From an archaeon (GTDB lineage: Archaea; Nanobdellota; Nanobdellia; SCGC-AAA011-G17; PNOQ01), in contig JABHIB010000008.1 in assembly GCA_018671245.1 (NCBI GenBank), positions 111,756-175,755 on the forward strand: a stretch of 64,000 bases of DNA, given 5' to 3'. The translations under genes were made by a program, and so were the position numbers. Positions 38,732 through 47,077 of the stretch are shown in pieces. A model generated the notes under the pieces. That model did no database searches, had not been told where the DNA came from, and was given only the letters and a program-made list of their open reading frames with translations. Each line of letters starts with the position of its first letter. Position 1 is the first letter of the stretch.

Positions 38732-38760
38732 CGTTTAACCGAAAAAGTCATAGATATACA
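38732..38760 (+). repeat. right copy of imperfect direct repeat CGTTTAACCGAAAAAGTCATAGATATACA (candidate att site)
   Basis: See 34235-34260. Confidence 0.4.
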
Positions 38761-38797
38761 ATATGCTGTTCAAGTAGACTATATAATTAAAAATAAA

Positions 38798-38826
38798 AAG
38801 AAATTTCACTAAAATAAATTAGTGAA
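38798..38826 (-). terminator. hairpin (9-bp stem TTTCACTAA/TTAGTGAAA, AATAAA loop) immediately 3' of the PAC2-family gene
   Basis: Inverted repeat atttcactaaaataaattagtgaaag, 4 bp beyond the stop at 38831. It sits in an AT-rich context. Confidence 0.3.
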
Positions 38827-38830
38827 AGCT

Positions 38831-39535
38831 TTAACCTAAATAACTAGTCTCTTTTTTTGTTTTCAAATCACTAACATTTTTGGTATTTTTCAAAAGTGAC
38901 TTTATCTTATCTTCAACCTCTTCGGCTTGTTTGAGTAGAGGTTTATAATCAACTTTCAAATCAAGATATTTGTCTAATACCTTTACAACATTAGCAGCAG
39001 CCCTACTATCTGGTAATTTAGATTTAGTTTCAGCGAAGATACAGGATATAGGTACATCCTTCATTCTCAAAATTAGTGCTGCAGTTATTCCTACCACAAT
39101 GCCTTCTTCTAAAGGTGGAATTTCAAGATTCTCAAACTTTTTCCAATTCTTAGGACTGTAAAAATATACTCCATCTTTGTCATTTTTCCCTAATAATCCC
39201 ACTCCTTCTAAGCTAACTATTTCTCTCGCATTAATTTGTTTAGCAAGGTCTCCTATAGCCGAGGCGAGCTTCCACTCTATACCTTTAACTTCTGTGATCG
39301 CATGAACTATAATTAGATTATATTTTTTAGAATAAAATAATCCTATAGGTTCTATAATGTCTTTCCCATGTACTGCTACTACTGGATCCATTTCACTTAA
39401 CCAGATCGATCCAATTCTTTCAGCATTAAGGTGATCTATTAAAAATTCAGTAGTGATTGTTCCAACAAGTCCAAAACCAGGAAATCCCTCGATGATAGTT
39501 GCATTCTTGGGCCTCTTTTTCAATTCAATTTCCAT
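38831..39535 (-). CDS. PAC2-family proteasome assembly chaperone (COG1938, ATP-grasp-like)
   Basis: N-terminal IIEGFPGFGLVGTITTEFLIDHL matches the PAC2 signature (GFPGvGlVG). 234 aa. Confidence 0.55.
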   Translation of the reverse strand: MEIELKKRPKNATIIEGFPGFGLVGTITTEFLIDHLNAERIGSIWLSEMDPVVAVHGKDIIEPIGLFYSKKYNLIIVHAITEVKGIEWKLASAIGDLAKQINAREIVSLEGVGLLGKNDKDGVYFYSPKNWKKFENLEIPPLEEGIVVGITAALILRMKDVPISCIFAETKSKLPDSRAAANVVKVLDKYLDLKVDYKPLLKQAEEVEDKIKSLLKNTKNVSDLKTKKETSYLG

Positions 39536-39624
39536 TTTAACAAATCTTAGTTACTTTAATTTAAATAATTTTCTATAATTAAAATAAGAAATTATATAAA
39601 TGAGAAATTTCAAATATAGAATTA

Positions 39625-40419
39625 ATGGTTGACATAAAACTTCTTAATTTCATAAAGGATGGGTTGAACAAAGGTTACAATCATGATGAGTTAAGAGATA
39701 TTCTAAAGAAGAATAATTGGGAAGATTCAGAAATTCAAGAAGCTTTAGAAACAATTAAAAAACCAACAGAAGCTCATGCTAAACCTATTCCTATTCAATC
39801 AAAACCAAAGAGGGATGTTCTTACAAAATTCATAAAAGTTTCATTAGCAAAAGGTGCAAGAGAGCATGAGATTAGATTGGCATTACTATCAAAAGGTTGG
39901 CCTGTAGAAAAGATTAACAGATCTTTTGATAAATTAAACAAATATAAATCAACTAAACCCATTTTGAAAAAACAAGAGTATGTTGGTTATGGGGCTCCTA
40001 ATGAAGGGGCAAAAAAAGAGCCAGCTTCTACTGAAGCGTCTCCTAAGGAAGAAGTAAAGAATAAAGAGCCTTCAAAAATCAATTCAAAATCAATTTTATT
40101 ATACATTCTAAGTTTCATACTAGTTGCAGGAGTGATACTAGGAACTATGATGGTATTTTATTTCATGTGGGGTGTAAATCAATTTGATGGTACCTGTCCT
40201 GACATAGGTATCTGTCAAGAGATGAAAGACTCCGCAATAGAATATGCGTCTGGCAATTTATTAGTCTCTCTTATTATTAGTTTAGTGCTTGCTTTTGCAG
40301 TAGTACTAACTCATGCATTTGTACCAAATAAAGAGATACTATTGTGGATAGTAAATCTAATCTATCTATCATTTGTTTTATTTATAGCTTATCTCTGGAT
40401 AAAGTTCGTAACAGCATAA
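39625..40419 (+). CDS. hypothetical protein with duplicated small helical N-terminal domain and C-terminal TM region
   Basis: Two about 45-aa repeats (GYNHDELRDILKKNNWEDSEIQEAL / GAREHEIRLALLSKGWPVEKINRSF). K/E linker and three C-terminal TM helices. Confidence 0.3.
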   Translation: MVDIKLLNFIKDGLNKGYNHDELRDILKKNNWEDSEIQEALETIKKPTEAHAKPIPIQSKPKRDVLTKFIKVSLAKGAREHEIRLALLSKGWPVEKINRSFDKLNKYKSTKPILKKQEYVGYGAPNEGAKKEPASTEASPKEEVKNKEPSKINSKSILLYILSFILVAGVILGTMMVFYFMWGVNQFDGTCPDIGICQEMKDSAIEYASGNLLVSLIISLVLAFAVVLTHAFVPNKEILLWIVNLIYLSFVLFIAYLWIKFVTA

Positions 40420-40470
40420 ACAAAAGATTTTTAAGTTTAAGATTAGCAATTCTATTCCTATTTTAAATGT

Positions 40471-40545
40471 GGGCTCATAACTCAGCCTGGTCAGAGTGCT
40501 TGGCTCTTAACCATGAAGTCGCGGGTTCAAATCCCGTTGGGCCCA
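40471..40545 (+). tRNA. tRNA, probably tRNA-Lys (anticodon CUU); no encoded CCA
   Basis: GGGCTCA acceptor pairs with TGGGCCC. D-stem ACTC/GAGT. Anticodon arm CTTGG-CTCTTAA-CCATG (one U-U mismatch). T-arm GCGGG-TTCAAAT-CCCGT. Discriminator A. Confidence 0.6.
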
Positions 40546-40624
40546 TTTTCTTTTTATCGAGAATAGGAATATTTAAATAAGACCATATCAACAATCTATA
40601 TTATATTAAAAGGGTGAATAAAAA

Positions 40625-43600
40625 ATGGTGAAAAAAATAAAATTTTCTTTAACTATGTTGCTAGCATTTATCGTTATTTTTTCTGCAATCAATTCTGATA
40701 CTGTAGAAGCTAGACCTGTTACAAAAGAGTGGACAAATGTATATTGTGGAAAAGAAAGTTGCGGTTTCGATAGTTGCGAATCTAATGAGATGTGTCAAAT
40801 AAGACAGCGAGAGCTCTTTCCAAATATCTTTCCGGTAATTCACCCTTCCGGAGAGGGACCTCTGAAAGCTCCAATAAATTCACCAATTAAAATAAGAAGT
40901 GTTGCAGAAACACCTTCAATTTCACCAACCTCAGAATTTAGAAAAGATGAAACTCGAAGTTTTTTTGAAAAAACTAAACAGTGGTTATCTATTCAATCAA
41001 GATGTACTCCTTCTAATTTATGTGTTAATTCCTGTGATGATGGGATAGATAATGATGGAGATAGAAATTTTGATTCAAAAACAATACAAAATTTTGCAGC
41101 AGAAGGAATTTCAGTTAGTAGACAAGAATCTGCATGTGATTCAAAAGTTCAAGATCAAAGAACAGGTGAAAGTAATTGCATGCTTTATTTCACTGAGAAT
41201 ATGAATAATCCGAACTTCATAGCAGAAGGTATTGGGCTATGTAATACAGAAAGTACAAGTGGATTGAAAGCAATATTGAGACCTTATACAGAAAATTGTG
41301 ATCCAAATTTTAACAGAGTATCAATTTCAAATCTCGAACATATGGTTGATGGTGCAGTATTAGATAACAATGAACTTTGTGGATCATATTTTGATTGGTG
41401 CTGTGTTGACCTTGGAAGCGATGTCTATGATCCCAGTGGCACATTAGGTAGTGTAAATAATTTCAGATATCTTGGAGACGGACTTTGCCAAGGATGGTTA
41501 GATGATGAAGACCCTATGCAAGTTTGTAGGGGAGAGTATAATGCTAATCCTAGTACTAACTGTACACTCGACGTTGATGGTGGTTGGACAATATGGAACT
41601 CAGAACTATACTATAATTCTCTTTGGACAGATTCCTCAGGGACACCTCAATCTGACTGTCTTTTGACTGAAGTTGATTGTGATTGGACTGTATGGCCATT
41701 TGGTGCAGCAGAAAACTGTGAATCTGGAGATACTGCAGAAATTCCTGAAGTGGGTTTGGTAGTAATTGATTGGGAAGAAGGGTCAACCTGTTCATATGGT
41801 CAACACACAAGACAGTGTTCATCAGGTAGTTATACTTGGAGTGAATGGGGTACTTGTGATGGTGCTGTTCCTGGAGAGTATGCCCAAGAACTATCTTGTA
41901 ATGATGGCGAAGATAATGATTGTGATGGATTAATTGATAGTTACGATGATGATTGTGGAATCTGTACAGTAGGAGCTGCAATAACTCAATCTTGTGGATA
42001 TAATGCTATAGGGATTTGTACTATCGGAACAGAAAATGCAGACTGTGAGTATAATGCTGGAACAGGATTATGGGAATTCAATGATTGGCACAGTTGCGAT
42101 GCAATAATGCCAACTACAGAAGATTGTAATGATGCGAGTTTATTAGATGAAGATTGTGATGGGACTTCAAATAGTGGAGATACTGAATGTGGAACCTGTA
42201 CAGAAGGGGATGCAATAACTCAATCTTGTGGATATAATGCTATAGGGATTTGTACTATCGGAACAGAAAATGCAGACTGTGAGTATAGTGGTGGGCAATG
42301 GAACTTTGGAGATTGGCACAGTTGCGATGCAATAATGCCAACTACAGAAGATTGTAATGATGGTGAAGATAATGATTGTGATGGATTCATAGATAGTGAT
42401 GAATTAAATAATCCTGATGAGACTAATGAATGTGGTGAATGTATAAGCTCTTCTCAAGACACACAAGCATGTGGTTATGATTATAATGGGGAATCTGGAG
42501 GAATAAATTATGGAATAGGTGAATGTACTGAAGGTACAACTTACTCTGATTGTGAATTTGTTGCAAATCTTTGGCAATGGTCAGAATTTCATAATGGTTT
42601 AGGTATATCTGATAATCCTACAACTTTATTAGTAAATGAAGGTTGTGGGGGATCATATTTGGGACCAGAAGAAGAATACTGTGATGACGGTTTAGATCAA
42701 AACTGTAATGAAGAAGCAGATGAAGGATGTTATGATTCTTTTAGAACATTCTTTGTTACAAATCCTTTAGATTTCCAGAACTATGATCTAGCTGAAGAAA
42801 GTTCAATAGCTTTTGATTCAACTATGGTAAATGAAGATGGTACAGGTTCTGCAATAATGGTTTACAGATCAGGAACAATAAATAAGGCCTTAAATTTTGC
42901 AAAATATGTTGGTCCTGCTGCTGCAACTTATGAGATGCCTGGTTCTGGAAGTTGTGGATATAATGAATTTGGTCAAAGGTTAGGTACATTTGAATGTTCA
43001 ATAGTGGATGGATCGGATGATACTGATGGGGATGAAAATTCAATTGTTATAGATACAACTGGAAAGATACATGTTACATACACTCATAAATCAACAGGAA
43101 ATATAGGTATAAAATATGCCTCCTCTATCGATGATGGACAAACTTGGACAATATCTGTTGTAGATCCTTCAGTGATGGGAACAGATTATGCCTATCCTGA
43201 GATATTTTTAGTTGGAAACATACCTCATATGATTTATACTAGAGTTTCTAAAAACACTCCTGTACCATTTGGAGAAACAGATGAAGTTTATCACGCTTGG
43301 TTAGAGGGTACTACTTGGAATAAGGAAACTATTGCAAGTGCGCCAACTTATTATGGTATGTATCCTGGTGACATGTATAGGTCCTCAGTAGATTATGATT
43401 CGACAACAGATACAATTCATGTGATCTATAAATCTCATGAATGCACCCTACCAAACTGTCCAAGGAATATATTCTACACACAAAAAGTAGGAGCTGGAAC
43501 TTGGAGCAATCCTCAGAATATCCTAACAGTCAATGACGAAATATATAGGACCAGATTATCAATAAAAGTTGGAGGGGACGGAAACCTACACATAGTACAC

Positions 43601-43975
43601 CCTCATAAAGATGTATCTGGAGATATAAGGTCTCTAAAATATGCAACCTCTACAAACGGTGGTACTTCTTGGACATACGAAGATTTGAGTACTTGTGCAG
43701 CTTACAACCCTCAATTAACTATAACTGTGGAAGGGTTACCAAGATTAACGGCATGGTCTTGGGCATGTGGTGGAGATGACTATGATCAATGGTTCTTTTA
43801 CTATCTTTCAGAATCTGGATGGAATTCAGAGAGAGTAGAAGAAGGAACAAACACTGCATTATTTAATGGAGAAACTGGATCAATAACAATTGATAATACA
43901 AATAAGGTCCATACAAGTTATTTGTTTACTTCCAATGTTGGTGTAGATACCTTAAGATATGCACATATATTATAG
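40625..43975 (+). CDS. giant secreted cysteine-rich repeat protein with C-terminal BNR/Asp-box beta-propeller
   Basis: Sec signal MVKKIKFSLTMLLAFIVIFSAINSDTVEA. Repeated CxDGxDNDCDG(L/F)ID motifs (CNDGEDNDCDGLIDSYDDDC, CNDGEDNDCDGFIDSDE, CDDGIDNDGD). Asp-box motifs SIDDGQTW and STNGGTSW. Blade-like strands IHVTYTH, IHVIYKSH and LHIVHPH in the last 350 aa. Confidence 0.6.
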   Translation: MVKKIKFSLTMLLAFIVIFSAINSDTVEARPVTKEWTNVYCGKESCGFDSCESNEMCQIRQRELFPNIFPVIHPSGEGPLKAPINSPIKIRSVAETPSISPTSEFRKDETRSFFEKTKQWLSIQSRCTPSNLCVNSCDDGIDNDGDRNFDSKTIQNFAAEGISVSRQESACDSKVQDQRTGESNCMLYFTENMNNPNFIAEGIGLCNTESTSGLKAILRPYTENCDPNFNRVSISNLEHMVDGAVLDNNELCGSYFDWCCVDLGSDVYDPSGTLGSVNNFRYLGDGLCQGWLDDEDPMQVCRGEYNANPSTNCTLDVDGGWTIWNSELYYNSLWTDSSGTPQSDCLLTEVDCDWTVWPFGAAENCESGDTAEIPEVGLVVIDWEEGSTCSYGQHTRQCSSGSYTWSEWGTCDGAVPGEYAQELSCNDGEDNDCDGLIDSYDDDCGICTVGAAITQSCGYNAIGICTIGTENADCEYNAGTGLWEFNDWHSCDAIMPTTEDCNDASLLDEDCDGTSNSGDTECGTCTEGDAITQSCGYNAIGICTIGTENADCEYSGGQWNFGDWHSCDAIMPTTEDCNDGEDNDCDGFIDSDELNNPDETNECGECISSSQDTQACGYDYNGESGGINYGIGECTEGTTYSDCEFVANLWQWSEFHNGLGISDNPTTLLVNEGCGGSYLGPEEEYCDDGLDQNCNEEADEGCYDSFRTFFVTNPLDFQNYDLAEESSIAFDSTMVNEDGTGSAIMVYRSGTINKALNFAKYVGPAAATYEMPGSGSCGYNEFGQRLGTFECSIVDGSDDTDGDENSIVIDTTGKIHVTYTHKSTGNIGIKYASSIDDGQTWTISVVDPSVMGTDYAYPEIFLVGNIPHMIYTRVSKNTPVPFGETDEVYHAWLEGTTWNKETIASAPTYYGMYPGDMYRSSVDYDSTTDTIHVIYKSHECTLPNCPRNIFYTQKVGAGTWSNPQNILTVNDEIYRTRLSIKVGGDGNLHIVHPHKDVSGDIRSLKYATSTNGGTSWTYEDLSTCAAYNPQLTITVEGLPRLTAWSWACGGDDYDQWFFYYLSESGWNSERVEEGTNTALFNGETGSITIDNTNKVHTSYLFTSNVGVDTLRYAHIL
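41963..42430 (+). repeat. tandem 234-bp (78-aa) duplication inside the giant secreted-protein gene with about 120 bp of 100% identity
   Basis: gcaataactcaatcttgtggatataatgctatagggatttgtactatcggaacagaaaatgcagactgtgagtata and agttgcgatgcaataatgccaactacagaagattgtaatgatg are identical between copies starting at 41963 and 42197. Confidence 0.7.
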
Positions 43976-44005
43976 GATCTAACCACTTTTTATTTATTAT
44001 AGGAT

Positions 44006-45394
44006 ATGAATATGAAACATGAAAATATCAAAAAATACCTTTTCATAAGCTCACTAATAATCATGTTACTTCTTTTAAATTTTAATTCTATCCATTTTTC
44101 TAAAACTAGGGATATGAGTGAGCCTGTTTGGATAGAACAAGGTTGCGGACTAACTGTTTGCGGAATGAATTCTTGTGGGCATGATGAAATGTGCCAATCA
44201 TCAATCTCAGAAAAAATTCCTGACTATCAAATCTATCTTCCTCCTCAAATCCCTCTCTCTCCATTGAAAGTAGAAAAAGTTTCGACTAGTAAAATTGTTC
44301 CAGATTATTTAGAGCCAAGATCTTTTTTTGTTGATAGAAAATATAGGTGTCATCAAACTCTTGATTGTATAGATACTTGCAATGATGAGGTAGATAATGA
44401 TGCAGATGCAATGGAAGATTCTTCGGATCCCAGCTGTTCAGGTACAAAAGGTTCGGATAGGACTGCTCCTAGAGCTTGTCGAACTCTCTTCGACGGCAGA
44501 ATTTCAGATCCAGACTTCATAGCAGAAGGTTCTGGTCAATGTCTTGATGATTTTAATCAAGAATCCTGTTTAGCACTAAATATTGGGAATGAAAAATGGA
44601 CAGATATAATAAATTTGGAGTATTTGCATGCGGGTGGAGCATTAAATAATAATGGTCTTTGTAATAGTTGGTTCACAAGTTGCTGTGTACAAATAAAAGA
44701 TGAAGGTGGTCAACCTACTCCTATATATAATCCTACAGGAACTATATACAGTGAAGCGGATGAAAATTATATTGATCATTTCAAATACTGTGGAGACAGT
44801 TATTGTCAAGGGTGGAATGCAGTTCAAACAATAAAGCTTCCTGACTGGTTTATTGAATCTGGAACTATTTTTATGGGCGAAACTTTTAATTCGTGTCACT
44901 GGACTAATATTGCAGGAACTCCTGATGATTCTTCTGATGATTTTGTTGAATCTGATTGCAACATAGAACCCTATAGTTGCACTGTAACTGATAATCCTGA
45001 AGGGATGCTACAATACTTTCCTCCAATAGGGAATCTATATCTAAGCAATATTACAAATGCTCATGTAGCGACTTCAGCAGGAAGTTATGATTACAGAGTC
45101 TATTGTTCTTATGCATACTATTTCATGTCTTCTTCTCAGGAATTTGATTTTTTAAGAATAGAATCGACTGGAGAAAATGCCCATATCGAGTCTACAGATC
45201 ATTCAAGTTATGGATATACAGATTACAAAATAAACACAGAAGGGGATTGTTTTGTTTATGATCAACCAGGTGATTGCCCTGCAGATACGGAAACTCAATC
45301 ATTCTGCGTGATCGCACTATCTGATGTAACAAATGCCCATGTGGCAGATTGTTCAGAAGAAACATATGACTATAAATTATGTTGTAACTATTAA
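44006..45394 (+). CDS. secreted cysteine-rich protein, paralog of the N-terminal module of 40625-43975
   Basis: Sec signal. Shares ordered motifs CG..CG...SCG.DEMCQ, RSFF, C..C(N/D)D..DND.D and FIAEG.G.C with the preceding gene. The C-terminus has three TNAH(V/I) repeats. Confidence 0.5.
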   Translation: MNMKHENIKKYLFISSLIIMLLLLNFNSIHFSKTRDMSEPVWIEQGCGLTVCGMNSCGHDEMCQSSISEKIPDYQIYLPPQIPLSPLKVEKVSTSKIVPDYLEPRSFFVDRKYRCHQTLDCIDTCNDEVDNDADAMEDSSDPSCSGTKGSDRTAPRACRTLFDGRISDPDFIAEGSGQCLDDFNQESCLALNIGNEKWTDIINLEYLHAGGALNNNGLCNSWFTSCCVQIKDEGGQPTPIYNPTGTIYSEADENYIDHFKYCGDSYCQGWNAVQTIKLPDWFIESGTIFMGETFNSCHWTNIAGTPDDSSDDFVESDCNIEPYSCTVTDNPEGMLQYFPPIGNLYLSNITNAHVATSAGSYDYRVYCSYAYYFMSSSQEFDFLRIESTGENAHIESTDHSSYGYTDYKINTEGDCFVYDQPGDCPADTETQSFCVIALSDVTNAHVADCSEETYDYKLCCNY

Positions 45395-45440
45395 TATTCA
45401 TTAGAAAATTATTTAAACAAAAGAAACGAATTTAGAAACA

Positions 45441-46622
45441 ATGAAAAAAAGAGGTATATCTCCACTAATAGCTACAGTTCTGATAGTCGGGTTTACTATA
45501 CTCCTAGCAGTAATAATTATTTCTTTTATAGGTTCTGAAGCAGATTCACAAATTAATCAAACTCAAACCACCATAAATATTCATACCACTAATTTAGATT
45601 TTGATTTTGAATGTACAAATATAATCAATGTAACAAGTGGTGAAAATAATACAGAACTCTTAGTAATAAATGATTATAATGGTAATTTGGATTCAGTTGT
45701 TATATTATTTGGAGATGGATCAATATATCATAATGCTGTTAACCTCTCTGCCTTTGAAAATAAATTAATAAATTATACAAACATTTCTAGCTCAGAAATT
45801 GAGATTATTCCTCAAGTTATTATTGATGGAGTTTTACAAGGTTTAGAGTGGGAAGCGAAAACAAAAACTTGTTCAGAGAGTATTCTACTCTCTACTCCAA
45901 AATGTAATGATACTATAGATAATGATGATGATGGATATGGCGATGAGGATGATCCTGACTGTTTAGATCCTCTAACTGGAGTATATAATTCTAGTTTAGA
46001 TAATGAGTGGATAACAAGGTCATGTGATAGCTGTGCTGATTGTGAAAGTGATATGAAAACTCCATCACTTTGGTCAAGTTATGATACTAATGAAGTAGTT
46101 TTGATGAATGATGATTCAGTTGAGAATGCTTGTATTACTCTAACTATAAATGAAAGTAATTCTGTAATAAATTGTAATGGAAAAACTATCTCTGATGGGA
46201 CAGTAGGACTAAATCTATTAGGAACTACAAATGTAACTGTAAAGAATTGTTCAATCAATGATTTTGAAAGTGGCGCTATAATGGTGACTGGCGCAATAGA
46301 TACTACACTAGAGGATATAATAATAATTGACAATATTGCAGGGTTAACTTCTCAGATTCTAGTATCTAATAATCCTGGCGGATATTTAAAATTAAATAAT
46401 ATTGAATCCCTAAACTCTTACCCTATATTAATTTGGTTTAGTTCTCTCGGATCAATAACTAATCTAGAACTAACAAATGTGAACTCCTGTACTGCTACAT
46501 ACTCTGATTTATTATGCTCTAGTCCTATAGATCCAACTATCTTAACTGCTGATACATCAAACTATTTTGCAGACATAGGTACTTGCGGACTTACAGCAGG
46601 CGAACATTATACTACATGCTAA
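45441..46622 (+). CDS. class III (type IV pilin-like) signal peptide protein with parallel beta-helix-like domain
   Basis: MKKRGISPLIATVLIVGFTILLAVIII is the archaeal prepilin-type N-terminus (KRG|ISPLIATVLL), processed by PibD/FlaK-type peptidases. The C-terminal NCNGKTISDG...VKNCSINDFESGAIMVTGAIDTTLEDIIIIDN resembles right-handed beta-helix repeats. Confidence 0.65.
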   Translation: MKKRGISPLIATVLIVGFTILLAVIIISFIGSEADSQINQTQTTINIHTTNLDFDFECTNIINVTSGENNTELLVINDYNGNLDSVVILFGDGSIYHNAVNLSAFENKLINYTNISSSEIEIIPQVIIDGVLQGLEWEAKTKTCSESILLSTPKCNDTIDNDDDGYGDEDDPDCLDPLTGVYNSSLDNEWITRSCDSCADCESDMKTPSLWSSYDTNEVVLMNDDSVENACITLTINESNSVINCNGKTISDGTVGLNLLGTTNVTVKNCSINDFESGAIMVTGAIDTTLEDIIIIDNIAGLTSQILVSNNPGGYLKLNNIESLNSYPILIWFSSLGSITNLELTNVNSCTATYSDLLCSSPIDPTILTADTSNYFADIGTCGLTAGEHYTTC

Positions 46623-46663
46623 TCTTAATAATATAAATAAAAAATTTCTAAAAAGAATTAAAA

Positions 46664-46945
46664 TTATAACTTATCTCTTATACGTTCTATATGTCCTGCA
46701 ATTTCTTCACCAGAGTCAGTCAACTTAATTGTTTTGATTCTACCTTCCTTAACGAAAGATACAAGTTTATTCTTTTCCATCTCTTGAAGAATCTTAACAG
46801 CATGGGAGTAAGTACAATCTACTTCCTTAGCAATTACAGATCCATAACGATTTCGATTACTAGTTTTCAAAGCTAGCAGTATCATTGCTGGCTTTTTCCT
46901 AAAAAATACTTCAAAAATTTCTTTCTTTTTCATTAATAATCCCAC
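46664..46945 (-). CDS. small winged-helix transcriptional regulator
   Basis: 93 aa. HTH YGSVIAKEVDCTYSHAVKILQEMEKNKLVSF plus a wing. Confidence 0.4.
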   Translation of the reverse strand: MGLLMKKKEIFEVFFRKKPAMILLALKTSNRNRYGSVIAKEVDCTYSHAVKILQEMEKNKLVSFVKEGRIKTIKLTDSGEEIAGHIERIRDKL

Positions 46946-47077
46946 CTATGATAGTAACAGTCACAAATATATTTTAAAGGTTTACCTTTTTGAAAATACC
47001 TTTTGCAGTATATACTTTTAATCATCTAAAAGGGGTATAACAAAAGCTTTATATAACTATTTTTTTATGCATAAATT

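Larger units (their letters stand above)
34235..38760. mobile_element. candidate 4.5-kb integrated element (short tyrosine recombinase, three wHTH proteins, small membrane and zinc-ribbon proteins, 700-bp AT-rich non-coding tract)
   Basis: Bounded by the imperfect direct repeats. Its gene content is unrelated to the flanking housekeeping genes. See findings. Confidence 0.4.

Noticed and set aside
34235-38760. Treating the 12-nt exact core of the flanking repeat as strong evidence by itself
   Set aside because: Exact 12-mers recur by chance about 100 times in 64 kb of random sequence, more in AT-rich DNA. Only the extended 23/25 match plus intergenic placement around an integrase gives it modest weight.
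40471-40545. Alternative tRNA identity or intron
   Set aside because: Length of 75 nt leaves no room for an intron. The only anticodon-loop register giving a 7-nt loop with U33 and A37 yields CUU (Lys). A U-U mismatch in the anticodon stem lowers confidence but no better fold was found.
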